Shown: one piece after another, positions 46,506 through 57,418 of the stretch
Layout of the letters: each line of letters starts with the position of its first letter
How positions within the stretch are numbered: the stretch's first letter is position 1
Assembly (NCBI GenBank): GCA_004764695.1
Contig: SMSO01000034.1
Coordinates: 124,001-188,000, forward strand
Direction: 5' to 3'
Length of the DNA: 64,000 nucleotides
Origin: Schizochytrium sp. TIO01
Lineage: Eukaryota > Protista > Bigyra: Labyrinthulomycetes
Notes under the pieces: model-generated
Seen by the model: only the letters and a program-made list of their open reading frames with translations
What the model was told of the DNA's origin: nothing
The model's database searches: none
Program-made: the position numbers and the translations under genes

Positions 46506-47831
46506 GTAGGCACCTGCACTGCAGGAAACCACGGCTTTGGCCCATTAATTTCGCTGCATTCAAAGAATTCATTCTCTCTCTCCTTCAGTATTTTTGATGA
46601 TTCCAAAAACAAATTAGATTGATAAACATAAAAACTTTAAAATTATTTTAACCAAAAAAAAAAAAAAAAAAAAAAAAAAAAACGTTTGTTTTTTCATTCG
46701 CCATTCTTTCCCTTTTCATGAATCAAGTTCAAGATTGCCGCCTCCATCGTGATGGCTCGCGATCTCGCCAGGCCCGCCGCTGGTACCCATCCCTCTCTCG
46801 CGACCCCACGCTCATATCAGGCCCTGCACCATATCGGCTCTGCGGCCCGTGAAGAAATACGCCGTCGATAGCAGCAGCAGCCTCTGGCTTTCCGCTCATT
46901 CGTTCACTCATTCATTCATTTTCTTTCGTTCAATCTGTCTTTCGCGGCGCCTTCAGAAGTTCCAAGCCGCTCTGAGGTGGTTCGGAAACGAGAGCCACGA
47001 TACGAGCCGGCAGTGCACCACGGTGGCTTTGTCGCCGCGCAACAACGTGCCTCGAGGATCTCGGGCGCCCGTCCATGTCAAGGTTCGCTCAGAGTTTGCG
47101 CTGCAACCCAGCGATCGCTTTCCTTGCCGTGGCGATGAGCTGAGAAGACCACCCATCTATCCATCTATCTATTTATCTCTCAAGAACCGCTCCAGACAGA
47201 CAGACTCCTGAGCACTGCCGACCATGGACCTCAGCTCCGTGCTAGGCGCCACCGGACGCGGCACTCGAGGCCGCCAAGCAGACGGTGGCCAGCCACAGCT
47301 CATGCTCATCTCGGCGCAAGATCGGGCGGGTTCTTGAGTTGCCTGTGGTTCGAAGAGGCCAGGGCTAACGTGGACGAGGCCGGCCTCGAGAGCAGCAGCG
47401 ACGACGAGGAGTTGGAGCTCCTCAGCGGCAGCAGCATCTTGAGCGGGTCTGTTCCTGAGTGCCGTCGCGGTGGCGAGTGAGTGAGTGAGCGAATCAAGGC
47501 TAGCAAAGTACCGGCACCGCCAAGGTATACCAAAAGGTTAGTCAATCAATCAACGAACCAAGGACCAGCCAGAAACCAGCCAAGAGTGAGTACCAAGAAA
47601 GCACCCAACACAAAAGCCGTCGAGGCTCACAGAACGCAAGGATGCCGTGCAGATACATATATTCATCCATACGTTCGTACGTACCCACGTGCTACCTAGC
47701 TAGACAGATGCCCAGGTACTGACTGTCAAGTAAGAAAGCCTCGACCTAGGAGCGCTGTGCATGGCAGAAAGCGACTCCTGTGCCTGTGTACGTCGTCACG
47801 CCGGCCGTGGGTCGATGAGGTAACCCAGGTA

Positions 47832-47857
47832 CAGCTTGCCAGCTTGCCAGCTTGCCA

Positions 47858-47928
<71 letters not shown>
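47832..47928 (+). repeat. (CAGCTTGC)3 + (GCTT)n microsatellite
   Basis: Directly visible. Confidence 0.95.
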
Positions 47929-48275
47929 AGCTAGGCATCTATGATTCGGGTGTCCAGCAAGCCTCCGCAACGAGGCTCAAGTGTCTCTAGCTAGAGGCGG
48001 AGCTTTCGCTGGAGTCAGACAGAACTCGAACAGCTTCGAAACCCTCGTCCACGATGGGTGGTCCAGGTTCCACTGGGGTTTTAGAATTATCACTCCATTA
48101 CCCCCAATCAAGCACCTGCCTAGCTGTAGCTAGCGAGGTACCTGCAGTACTGGCTTGCGCTTTCGTTTGTCCTTCTGTTGACAGCATCGCATCATCATGA
48201 ACTCAGGCTCTTCGTCTCCCTCGTAGCAGGACGGACATCTGACACCTCGTATAATATAAAGTGAAGTAGAGCCAT

Positions 48276-48340
48276 GCAATGCAATGCAATGCAATGCAAT
48301 GCAATGCAATGCAATGCAATGCAATGCAATGCAATGCAAT
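48276..48340 (+). repeat. (GCAAT)13 microsatellite
   Basis: Directly visible; source of the spurious MQCNA/HCIAL ORFs. Confidence 0.95.
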
Positions 48341-48755
48341 GTGGTGCCTAGAGCCTTGCGTTTCGATGGAGGACTTTGTGGCGCAGCGATTGAGTCCCAT
48401 AGCCAGACAGTCGGGTCTCTGCCAGCTACTGCTGCTGAGAGCCACACGCTTCTCACGCACCGGTCGTCAACGGTCTTTGGGCCCTCCATCATTGCTTCAC
48501 ATCGCATTCGGTCGTTTCTTTGCTTCTGTTTGGGTCAGTGAATGTAATTCATCCATTTTGTTATTCGAGGGTCTATTGTAGGTACGGACCATAGCTATAA
48601 TTAGTAGCACAGGCTATCATTTTATTTTGATGACCTGTTTCGTTCAAGTTTTCTTTTCTCTTCTTTCCTTTTCTTTTGCTTCTTTATTTATTTATTTATT
48701 TATTTATTTTATTTTAAAGTTTAGTTTTTTTAAATAATTGTTTTAGTTCTGTTTT

Positions 48756-48814
48756 GTTTGGTTTGGTTTGGTATTGTTTGGTTTGGTTTGGTTTGGTTTG
48801 GTTTGGTTTGGTTT
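48756..48814 (+). repeat. (GGTTT)n microsatellite
   Basis: Directly visible. Confidence 0.9.
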
Positions 48815-51800
48815 GATAATAGCTTTGCTTGGGCTCAGCTATCATGATTGCCGCCATCCATTGCAAGGAATCGTGACAACCGCGCTCCATGAGCACCGTC
48901 ACGCTGGGTGCCAGGTCACCTTGCAATAAGCTAGCTCGCTAGCTCGTCGAGACAGTGCTGGCGGAACTGCAGTGGCACAGGGTCGGCACCTCAGGCTTTA
49001 GTAAATGTAATACATACCAACGCGACCAAAAGCGAGGTGGAGGGAGGCCATCATTCAATAGATGATGATGGTCTGTTTGATGGCGATGCCTCATTCGTGC
49101 ATCATCGATGGCCCTTCTTCAGCCCGCTCCACGACAGCTCGTAAGGGCCGCACACTCGTACGGGGTGCCGCCTTCGCTGCCGTTGGAGGAGGGTTTCTGA
49201 GGCTGGGGTTGTTTCCGAGCATGCGCCACAGCTCATCTGCGAGGCTGACCAGCACAGCGCTGCCAGGAATCTCAACTCTTGCTCCATTAACGCTGACATC
49301 CATTCCTCCATGGCATTCCACGGCACTCCACGGCACTCCATGGCGTTTCATGGCATTGACGCACTCCTGAGCCAGCGAGCTTGCCTTGGAAAGCCATAGG
49401 TGCGTATGTACGTACGTACGTGCATTCCTGAGCGATGATGGAATGAATGTTACGCCGCGGCAGTGCAATCAATCAATCAATGACTGCATGCATGAAATGG
49501 AGAATGTCCTCAGGGCCCCTGATTCCTGGCGCCTCGAGCGTTAAGCTGAGTTGGACTTGGAGGCAGGGCTTTCTTCTCTTCTCGTTCGAGTTCGAGGAGA
49601 AGTAACTAACTCACCCCTTCTGTTGGATGATGCCTTGAGCTGTCTTTGAGAAGCAGTTTGTGGTCGCTGCAAATGACGTGAACTCGAAGAGTGAATGTAA
49701 TGCAATGGTGGAGCCGAATGGAGGGCGGCCAGCGAATGAGATACATACATACATAGGTAGGTGCCCAGCTAGGTACTGATGCTTGGTCGAAGCGGCTCGG
49801 CAGGAAATGGAGATGAAAGTTGACGATGAATCGGTCGATCTCTTCGTTTTCTCAGAGCCGCTTCCAGCAAGCTCATTCATGCAATTCATGCAATTCATGC
49901 AATTCTTTGACTGACTCACTCATCCATTCATTTATTCATTCATGCATGCAATTCATTTGTTCATTTATTCACTGATTCTCAAAGAACCTGGAGCAGAGGG
50001 CCGAATGTAGGTAAGGAAGAAGAGAGGTCTTCGCGGACGCAGCGGGAACTCGGGTTCTCGCTCTGGACGGACGATTGGTGGCTCGAGCAGTCAACTTGAA
50101 ACCACCAGCACATGGAAAGGACATACATGGAATTAGGAATCATTGCGAACGATTCCCACATCGGTAATACAAATCGTAACTTCTTTTATGGTTTCGAAGG
50201 TTCGTGAACTTCTTCTTCTTCTCCTTCTTTTTGTGAAAAGAAAGTAAAAGTTATTTTCTACTTTTTATTTTATTTTTTTCAATGAAAAGTTTAGTTTAGT
50301 TCTTGAAAAGAAAAAGAAAAAGAAAAATCAGCAAAAAAGAAAAAGGAAAAGAAAAGAAAAGAAAAGAGCGGATGAACGATCGATCAGATTGATTGAGTGA
50401 TAGGAAATGAACAACGATGTGGCTCAAGCGGATTCCCGACTTGCGGCGGCCTGTACAGTAGAGCATTTTGCCACTGCAAGTAGGTTATTCTGGTCCTCAC
50501 AGTAGAGAATAAGAGCGTACAGAAGAGAATGCGGGTCCACAGAAGGGAATCCGCTCGGCAGCTTGGAGCAAGAGGCGAGGAACTCCTTGTATTGCTGCCA
50601 AAACATGGTGCACACAGCCGCTCCCCTTGAACGAAGCCAGTCCTGGCGGCGGTAACTGAGCTAGTTTCCTCTGAGTTGGCAGCTTACTCACGCATATTTG
50701 TGGGTCTTCTGACAGCCAGTCGCGAGGCTGAGGCTTTCTGCTCTGTTTTTCTTGCTCAGTTTTGTTTCCTTTCTTTCTTCTTTCGCTGGAGAAGGCCTTT
50801 TTCAACTGAAGACAAAAAAACAAACTATTAAAAGATAGAAAACATTATTGATTCCTGCGTTTGTTTCTGCGAAAAGCAAAGAGCCAGGGGAAACGTAGAC
50901 GGCCTGCCTGGGGATCTTGACTGAAAGTGCTTTGGTGTCGAGAAGCGTGTCGTTTGTTGGTTTTGATGCCTTTTCGTTCATGTATTCTGGTGCAGATCTT
51001 TGTGGATCTCAAAGCGAGCTCATAAGCTATAGATCGTAAATCATAGATCATAAATCACAGATTAAAAATTCTCATAATTATAATTTAATTTGAAAATGTT
51101 TTTATAGAAAACGTTTTTCCAGGCCAGGTGCCAGTTTGTTTTAATTTCAGGAATGATGATACCATAGAAAAAGGAAGAAGGGAAAGCGGCATCCAAGATT
51201 TAACAAGTTCAAGATTCATGATGGAGAGGATATTCTACCGTTCTTCCAACGTGGCTCAGGCAGAGCGGAAGTGCGGTCTCTATCTCTTCCGATGACGATC
51301 TCTCGAAAGACGCAGAAGACAGCGACAGCCTCACTTCTATTATGCACAGCCATCAACACAACGAATCGCTATTTTCAATCGCTGTTCAAGACTTTCTTTC
51401 TTTCTTTCTTTTCTTTCTTTTCGTTCATTTTTTTAAAACAGAACCTACCTTTGCTTCTAGATATAATAAATAAAGACGAGGTTGGCCCTGCTGCTATACA
51501 GAAATGAAGCTCGAAGTCACCGTCTCAAGTTGAACCTGAAATCCTTCGTCTGCCGCTGCGGCTTTCACTGAGGAATATGAAGGTGTCCTTCTTCTTACCA
51601 TCGTTTGTCGCTGGAAGAAGAAACCAACCACCCTTTTCCACAACCAAGCACAAATAGTCTTCTGAGCATCACGATAGCTATTACCTATTGCATACCCAAG
51701 TACTTTTAAAATAAAATAATTCATTAATTTAGGGAAGGAAAAACTTAAAAAAAAAAAAAAAAAAAACTACTCTTGTTTAATTTAATGTTCTATAGAGGAG

Positions 51801-52050
51801 TGCTTAGAGAAAGAAAAAAAGCATTAAACTTTTTTAAATTAAAAAAATGATTAGAATATTAATGTGGTTAGTTGAAGGAGTGATACATGATGCGTATCTA
51901 TATATATATATGTATATGTATGTATAGTATAATATATCCTCGTCAACAATTGGACAACCGGTTGCAATTCGCGTTTGCGTTCGCCTTGGCTTGGACTTGG
52001 CCTTATACTTGGACTTTGGGTTTAGGTTAAGCTTGGTCTGGAGGCAGAAA

Positions 52051-53598
52051 ATGGCCAACCGTGGTCGCAGCGGCAGCGCCGAGGAGATCGGCGGCAGTGG
52101 TGGCGGCGGCGATGATTCCCTGCGGCAGGGCCTCGTGGTGAACGGGCATGACTTTGATTATCACCAACTCCGTGAGCAGCAACTGCAGCAGCAGCGCAGG
52201 GACCAGGAGAGAGCTCGTGGCGACATCGGTGACGATGAAGAGGACTCTAGCGATGACTATGACGGCGATGTCACCGCGACGCCTTTCTCGAGATCCCCAA
52301 TTCTCTTCTTCAAGAAGCGCTTCAAGGCCGGTTCCATTAAGGGATCCGTGTTCACTCTCGTCGTCGCCGTATGCGGAGCAGGCACCCTCTCTGTGCCATA
52401 CGCCATTGAGCAGAGTGGACTCCTTCTTGGCCTTGCTCTATTTATGGGTGGAGCTTTCATGGCGTTCTTCTCGCTCAAGATTCTCGTTATTTCCTCAGAA
52501 CTTACTGGCCGCAAGTCGTACAAAACCATCGCGGAAACTCTCTATGGACCACGCTTAAGCCTCTTCGCACAGATCATGCTTATCTTGAACTTGTACGGTA
52601 CTTCCATCAGCTACATTGTGGCCTCTGGAAGTATGGTGTCCCGGACTCTGCAGACTATCTTTGATGATTTTGAAAGCAAGATCTTGCAACAGCAGACTGT
52701 CATGTTGGTTACAACGATCCTTATTGTCATGCCACTCTGCCTGTTGCGGACCATGGGCGCGTTACGTTACTCTTCGCTCATTGGTGTCACATGCTCATGC
52801 TACCTTGCGGTAGTGGTCATGGTAACCTACTTTGAGTTCTGCGCACAACATGCCGTTGTCGAGTCTCCCTTGTACGATGGCGGCGAGCAGGTTGTTGAGT
52901 GCTTCTGGGAGAAGCCTGTCAAGTCGGACCCCATCATCCTTGCTGAATTCACTGTGGATCGCATGCTTATCACCCTCCCGATCGTTGTCTACTCATACAC
53001 TTGCCACCCGAACGTGCTTCCTATCTTTCTCGAGCTCAACAAACCCACCCGAAAGAGAATGACCAAGGTTGTCAGCCGTGCACTCGGCCTTGCATTTGTT
53101 CTCTACTCTGTCATTGGTTCCTTCGCATACCTCACCTTCAAAACCCAGCTCGAGGACAGTGAAGGCAACTTTTTGTCCAACGATTTTCACAAAAATGAGT
53201 CCGCTCTCATTGGTGCTGTCGGTATGTCACTCTCTGTCATTCTTGCAATTCCCCTCTTTGTTCACGCCTTCCGTGGTAACTTTTTCACCCTCATTGGCGA
53301 CGATGAGGTCGATCCTAAGACTGCCCCTCTGCACTGGCATGTTGGAATTTCAATTGGCATGATTGTTGCCGCGCTCATCCCGGCCATCATGATCAAGGAT
53401 ATTAGTATGGTCTTCAGTGTTCTTGGATCTACTTCGAACCCGATTATCTGCTTTGTTCTTCCTGCCATGTTTCTTTACCGTGCCGCCCCAGAAGGCATGT
53501 ACAAGTGCGAGAAAATCACGGCCGTTGTGCTAGCTGTTGCAATCACGCTCATTAGTCTGGCTTCACTTGTCAAGAATATCATCAGCTGGGTCAACTAA
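52051..53598 (+). CDS. Amino-acid transporter, SLC38/AAAP (Aa_trans) family
   Basis: GSIKGSVFTLVVAVCGAGTLSVPYA, multiple TM segments, YSYTCHPNVLPI, LGSTS..ICFVLPA. ATG 52051 is in frame. Confidence 0.9.
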   Translation: MANRGRSGSAEEIGGSGGGGDDSLRQGLVVNGHDFDYHQLREQQLQQQRRDQERARGDIGDDEEDSSDDYDGDVTATPFSRSPILFFKKRFKAGSIKGSVFTLVVAVCGAGTLSVPYAIEQSGLLLGLALFMGGAFMAFFSLKILVISSELTGRKSYKTIAETLYGPRLSLFAQIMLILNLYGTSISYIVASGSMVSRTLQTIFDDFESKILQQQTVMLVTTILIVMPLCLLRTMGALRYSSLIGVTCSCYLAVVVMVTYFEFCAQHAVVESPLYDGGEQVVECFWEKPVKSDPIILAEFTVDRMLITLPIVVYSYTCHPNVLPIFLELNKPTRKRMTKVVSRALGLAFVLYSVIGSFAYLTFKTQLEDSEGNFLSNDFHKNESALIGAVGMSLSVILAIPLFVHAFRGNFFTLIGDDEVDPKTAPLHWHVGISIGMIVAALIPAIMIKDISMVFSVLGSTSNPIICFVLPAMFLYRAAPEGMYKCEKITAVVLAVAITLISLASLVKNIISWVN

Positions 53599-54204
53599 AT
53601 GACAATGCTTGTCACCTTGCTTATCTCTACTACTCCTAAAACGTCAGGAACGACTCTACGTTCAATACATTTACAACACATCTCGGTAGCTAATCTAGAC
53701 AATATCTTCACTTCATCAATGATCCTGACCTTACTGACATCTGGCACGCAGTCAGGCTTTACTAACTCTTACTCTTACTCGCACTTTTCTCTTTTCGTTT
53801 TCGTTTGGTTTTTTGGGAGGGGGTTCGAAGTCTTACTAGTTATGAGACGAGATTTTCAAAACTATGCACGATGATGCCACATCCTCACAGGCCAAAATAA
53901 ACAAAGACGGGAACATTCTGAGCGATTCCTTCACTTTGCAACCTCACGCATACAACTAATCTCCTGGTTCTTAGAACAAAAACAATATTCTGTACGACTA
54001 GCAAGGGATTTGCCTTTTCATTCAAGAATCTGAATGAATTTTGGATACCTTTTAATTTTATTTAATTCCTTTAAATGCTGCTGTGTAATTTACTCCTTAG
54101 GTAGGGCAACTTGAACCAAATCTATGCACAAACTGGGTTTAGACCAAAGAACGTAACTTCTTCCCGGGTTCCCAATCATCGTCAACATGAGACTTCAGGA
54201 AGAG

Positions 54205-56466
54205 CTAGCGGCGGAGTCGTTTGGGTAAAGTATCTCCCTCCATTCCGGACTCCTTGCCAATCGAAGGCACAGATGAAGCCTGTTCCTGACGTTCTCGTTT
54301 GGTGGACTCCTGCTTCACTGCGGCAGGACCAGTGGCTTGCTGACGATGCTTCTTGAACTTTTTGTACAGCTGAAGAAGTTTTCCGCGCAACTCTTTGTCC
54401 TTTAGCACCCTGACGAAACTCTTAAAGTCTCGTCCATGACGATCTACAGCACAGGGATCTCCACCATTGTTGAGAATAATCGATGCCATTTCCTCAGGAC
54501 AAGGGTGGCCCTCTTGGGCGGTCATTAGAAACGCTGTAAGACCCTCGTTAGACTCTTGCACTTCGATATTCGCCTTGTACTTGACGAGGAGACCTACGAT
54601 TTCTTCAATCTTTGAATGTTCTCTTCGACATGTCATCATGAGCGCAGTTCTTCCACGGTAATTCTGCAGATCAGGATTAGCACCAGACTTCAACAACGTC
54701 TCCACCACTGAGACATGTGCTTGATGACACGCATACATAAGCGCAGAGGCTCCTCTTTTATCTTGTGCATTAATGTCCTGACCGTCATACTCAAGGAGCA
54801 GTTTAACCATGTTCGCATCCCCATGGAACGACGCTTTCATCAAAAGTGTTCCTTCCTCACCTGTAAAGGAATGATTAACCTTGGAAAAAATCATCTTTGC
54901 GATTTCAACCTTCCTTCCATTGCAAGCAAGATCGAGAGCAGTATGGCCCTCCTGATCCTTGAGGTCTACTCGGGCATTGTTTTCGAGCAAGCATGCCACA
55001 ACCTCATCATTTCCTTCCATGGTCGCTGCCATTAATGCAGTGGAGCCCTTCCTGTTCTGAAAATTAATCTGGGCATTATTCAAAAGTAAGAGCTTTAGCC
55101 CAGAAAGGTTGTTGTAGAAAGCGGCAAGGTTTAATGCAGTTTCTCCTTCTTTGCCTTCCAAATCAGGTTTCGCTTTGAACTTCAAGAGATCCTCTGTGAT
55201 TTCAGAATACCCCTTTTTAACTCCTTGCATGAGAGCAGTCCACTTATTGTTGTCCTGCAGGTCAACTTGGGCCCCATTCTGTAACAAATCAAACACGACG
55301 GTCGCGTGTCGGTTGCCCACAGCATGCATCAGAGCGGTTGAACCTTCGTAATCTTTCACATCAATGCCTGCTCCGTTCTCACAAAGAATCCTTACAATGT
55401 CCGTGTGCGATTTCAAGGATGCCAAGATAAGGGCAGTTTGACCTTTCTTGTTTTGTAAGTCAACATCAACTCCATGATCGAGGAGGGTCTCAACGATATC
55501 CGCGTGGTTCTCATCAGTCGCTTTCATCAGGGCTGTCTCTCCCTTTACATCACGCAAGTCCGTAGTCGCGTTGGCTTCGAGTAAGTACTCCGTGCTTCTA
55601 AGTGAGCCGTGAGATGACGCTAGAAGAAGGGCACACTGACCATCTTTATTTTGATGGTTGATGTTTGCCCTTTTCTGGTGGAAGGTCTTGACAAGATCGC
55701 GGTGATCAAGCATGGATGCGTGCAAAAGGGCAGTGTTTTGGTCCACGTCTGTCAGGTCAACGTCAGCGCCCCCGTCAAGCAGTTGCTGAACAACATCGAC
55801 ATGATTACCTTTTGTAGCAAAAGTCAGAGCACTCCAACCCCTGCAGTCCTGCACATCAATTGCAGCCTTTCCTCTGAAAAGAAGAATGCTCACGGTCTTG
55901 GAATGACCTTCAGACGACGCCAACATCAGTGCAGTCTTGCCCTTCTCGTCCTTTATGTTGACGTGTGCGCCTCGTTTAAGGAGGAGCTGTACCAACTCCT
56001 CATGACCCATCTCAGAGGCTTTCATCAATGCTGTTTCGTTCTCGTTATCTCTCAGATTGACCTTAGCGTCGGACTCTATCAAAAGGCTTGCAATATTCGT
56101 GTCCCCTCTCCTCGCTGCAATCATCAACGGAGTTTGTCCACAATCATCACGCGAGTTAACAACCGCACGCCTTCCGAGCAAGCATCTCGCAAGGGGCTCA
56201 TGGCTACCCTCACACGCAAGCATGAGTAGGGTCTTTCCGTAATCATCACGTAATTGAATATTGGCCCCTTCGTCCAATATCTCCTTTACACGCGAGGTAT
56301 TGCCGTGGCAGACTGCATTGATTAGGACCGAAGCATTGCGAACGCCAAAGACATCCAGCTTCTGATCGCCTGTCGGTGTCTTGACTTTCGCAGCTCTCCT
56401 CATCTCGTCAGTGGGGTAGCCTTCGGCTCCACCGCCACGACTGAAGAGCTGGAAAACGTTTTGCAT
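54205..56466 (-). CDS. Ankyrin-repeat protein (~19 repeats)
   Basis: Regular 33-aa GxTALxxA..G..V..LL..GA.VD repeats and a basic C-terminus (PKRLRR). Start uncertain. Confidence 0.9.
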   Translation of the reverse strand: MQNVFQLFSRGGGAEGYPTDEMRRAAKVKTPTGDQKLDVFGVRNASVLINAVCHGNTSRVKEILDEGANIQLRDDYGKTLLMLACEGSHEPLARCLLGRRAVVNSRDDCGQTPLMIAARRGDTNIASLLIESDAKVNLRDNENETALMKASEMGHEELVQLLLKRGAHVNIKDEKGKTALMLASSEGHSKTVSILLFRGKAAIDVQDCRGWSALTFATKGNHVDVVQQLLDGGADVDLTDVDQNTALLHASMLDHRDLVKTFHQKRANINHQNKDGQCALLLASSHGSLRSTEYLLEANATTDLRDVKGETALMKATDENHADIVETLLDHGVDVDLQNKKGQTALILASLKSHTDIVRILCENGAGIDVKDYEGSTALMHAVGNRHATVVFDLLQNGAQVDLQDNNKWTALMQGVKKGYSEITEDLLKFKAKPDLEGKEGETALNLAAFYNNLSGLKLLLLNNAQINFQNRKGSTALMAATMEGNDEVVACLLENNARVDLKDQEGHTALDLACNGRKVEIAKMIFSKVNHSFTGEEGTLLMKASFHGDANMVKLLLEYDGQDINAQDKRGASALMYACHQAHVSVVETLLKSGANPDLQNYRGRTALMMTCRREHSKIEEIVGLLVKYKANIEVQESNEGLTAFLMTAQEGHPCPEEMASIILNNGGDPCAVDRHGRDFKSFVRVLKDKELRGKLLQLYKKFKKHRQQATGPAAVKQESTKRERQEQASSVPSIGKESGMEGDTLPKRLRR

Positions 56467-57418
56467 AAGTTTCCCCGCCTTCGTCAATCCCAAAGGTCAG
56501 CAAACGTAGCTCTTCTCCTCGACCTAGCGATGATTCTTGAAGTGATTGTTCTGGTTTTGCTTCAGCTCTGCAGGCTTAAAAAAAAATTAATAATCACAAA
56601 TTTGTCTGTTTGAGAGCGCTAAGACCCTTATACGCTACTTAAGCAATGCAGGATGAGAGCACCACTGCAAATGGAAAGAAAGGAAAAGAAGACTATGAGC
56701 GTAAAAAAAAACAAGAAAACCAGCAATGGGTCAGACGCTATAGAAAGTTCTTCGATAAAGCTAAACTCCAAAGGAGATACTAAATTAGGATTTGCTACAG
56801 GTCAAGTAGTTTCCCTCTCTTAGAAAAGAAAAGGTTTTTACAATTAAAAATGTATGCGAGCACAAGTAGGAAGAGGAAGAGCCATCAGGTTTTTGAGAGC
56901 GAAAGTGATGAGAACGCTTGGAAATAGTTGATTGCACAAAAGGAGAGTGAGGAACAAGGTGTTTTTCTTTTTATAACCGAAGTAAAGGTTTTGGAGTGTA
57001 ATGTTCAGAGGTGATACAACTGATCAAGTAACTGGTTTCACGCTAATTTGAAGGAGACCGCCAGCCGATTCTAATGGAATAGTACAGTTTTGTTTTACTG
57101 AAGCTAGACTGTATTGTTAACATGAACGCTCACGCCATCCTACAGCTACGTACGCAACTTTATACTATGCATACATAGATCCTTGAATAGTAAAAGCCAA
57201 ACATAGTCTCAGTAGACCTTGAGGGGGGAGGGAGGAGGACGCCAGCTGAGTTAACCATAAGCAACGAACGGTCTAAAATACAACTACAACAAGACGCGCA
57301 GCTTTTCCGATGTTAATTAATGTTTTAAGTTTTTGTGAAATCTGTTGGGGTTCGAATTTAGAATAGAAAGAAAGACGTAAGAGACTACTACCTGCTGAAT
57401 ATATTTCTATAAAAGTTG

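Noticed and set aside
48756-48814. (GGTTT)n as a possible interstitial telomeric repeat
   Set aside because: Not TTAGGG/TTTAGGG; one of many local microsatellites.
47746-48926. ORFs with ASKQ, HCIAL, MQCNA and TKPNQ repeats
   Set aside because: Translations of microsatellites.
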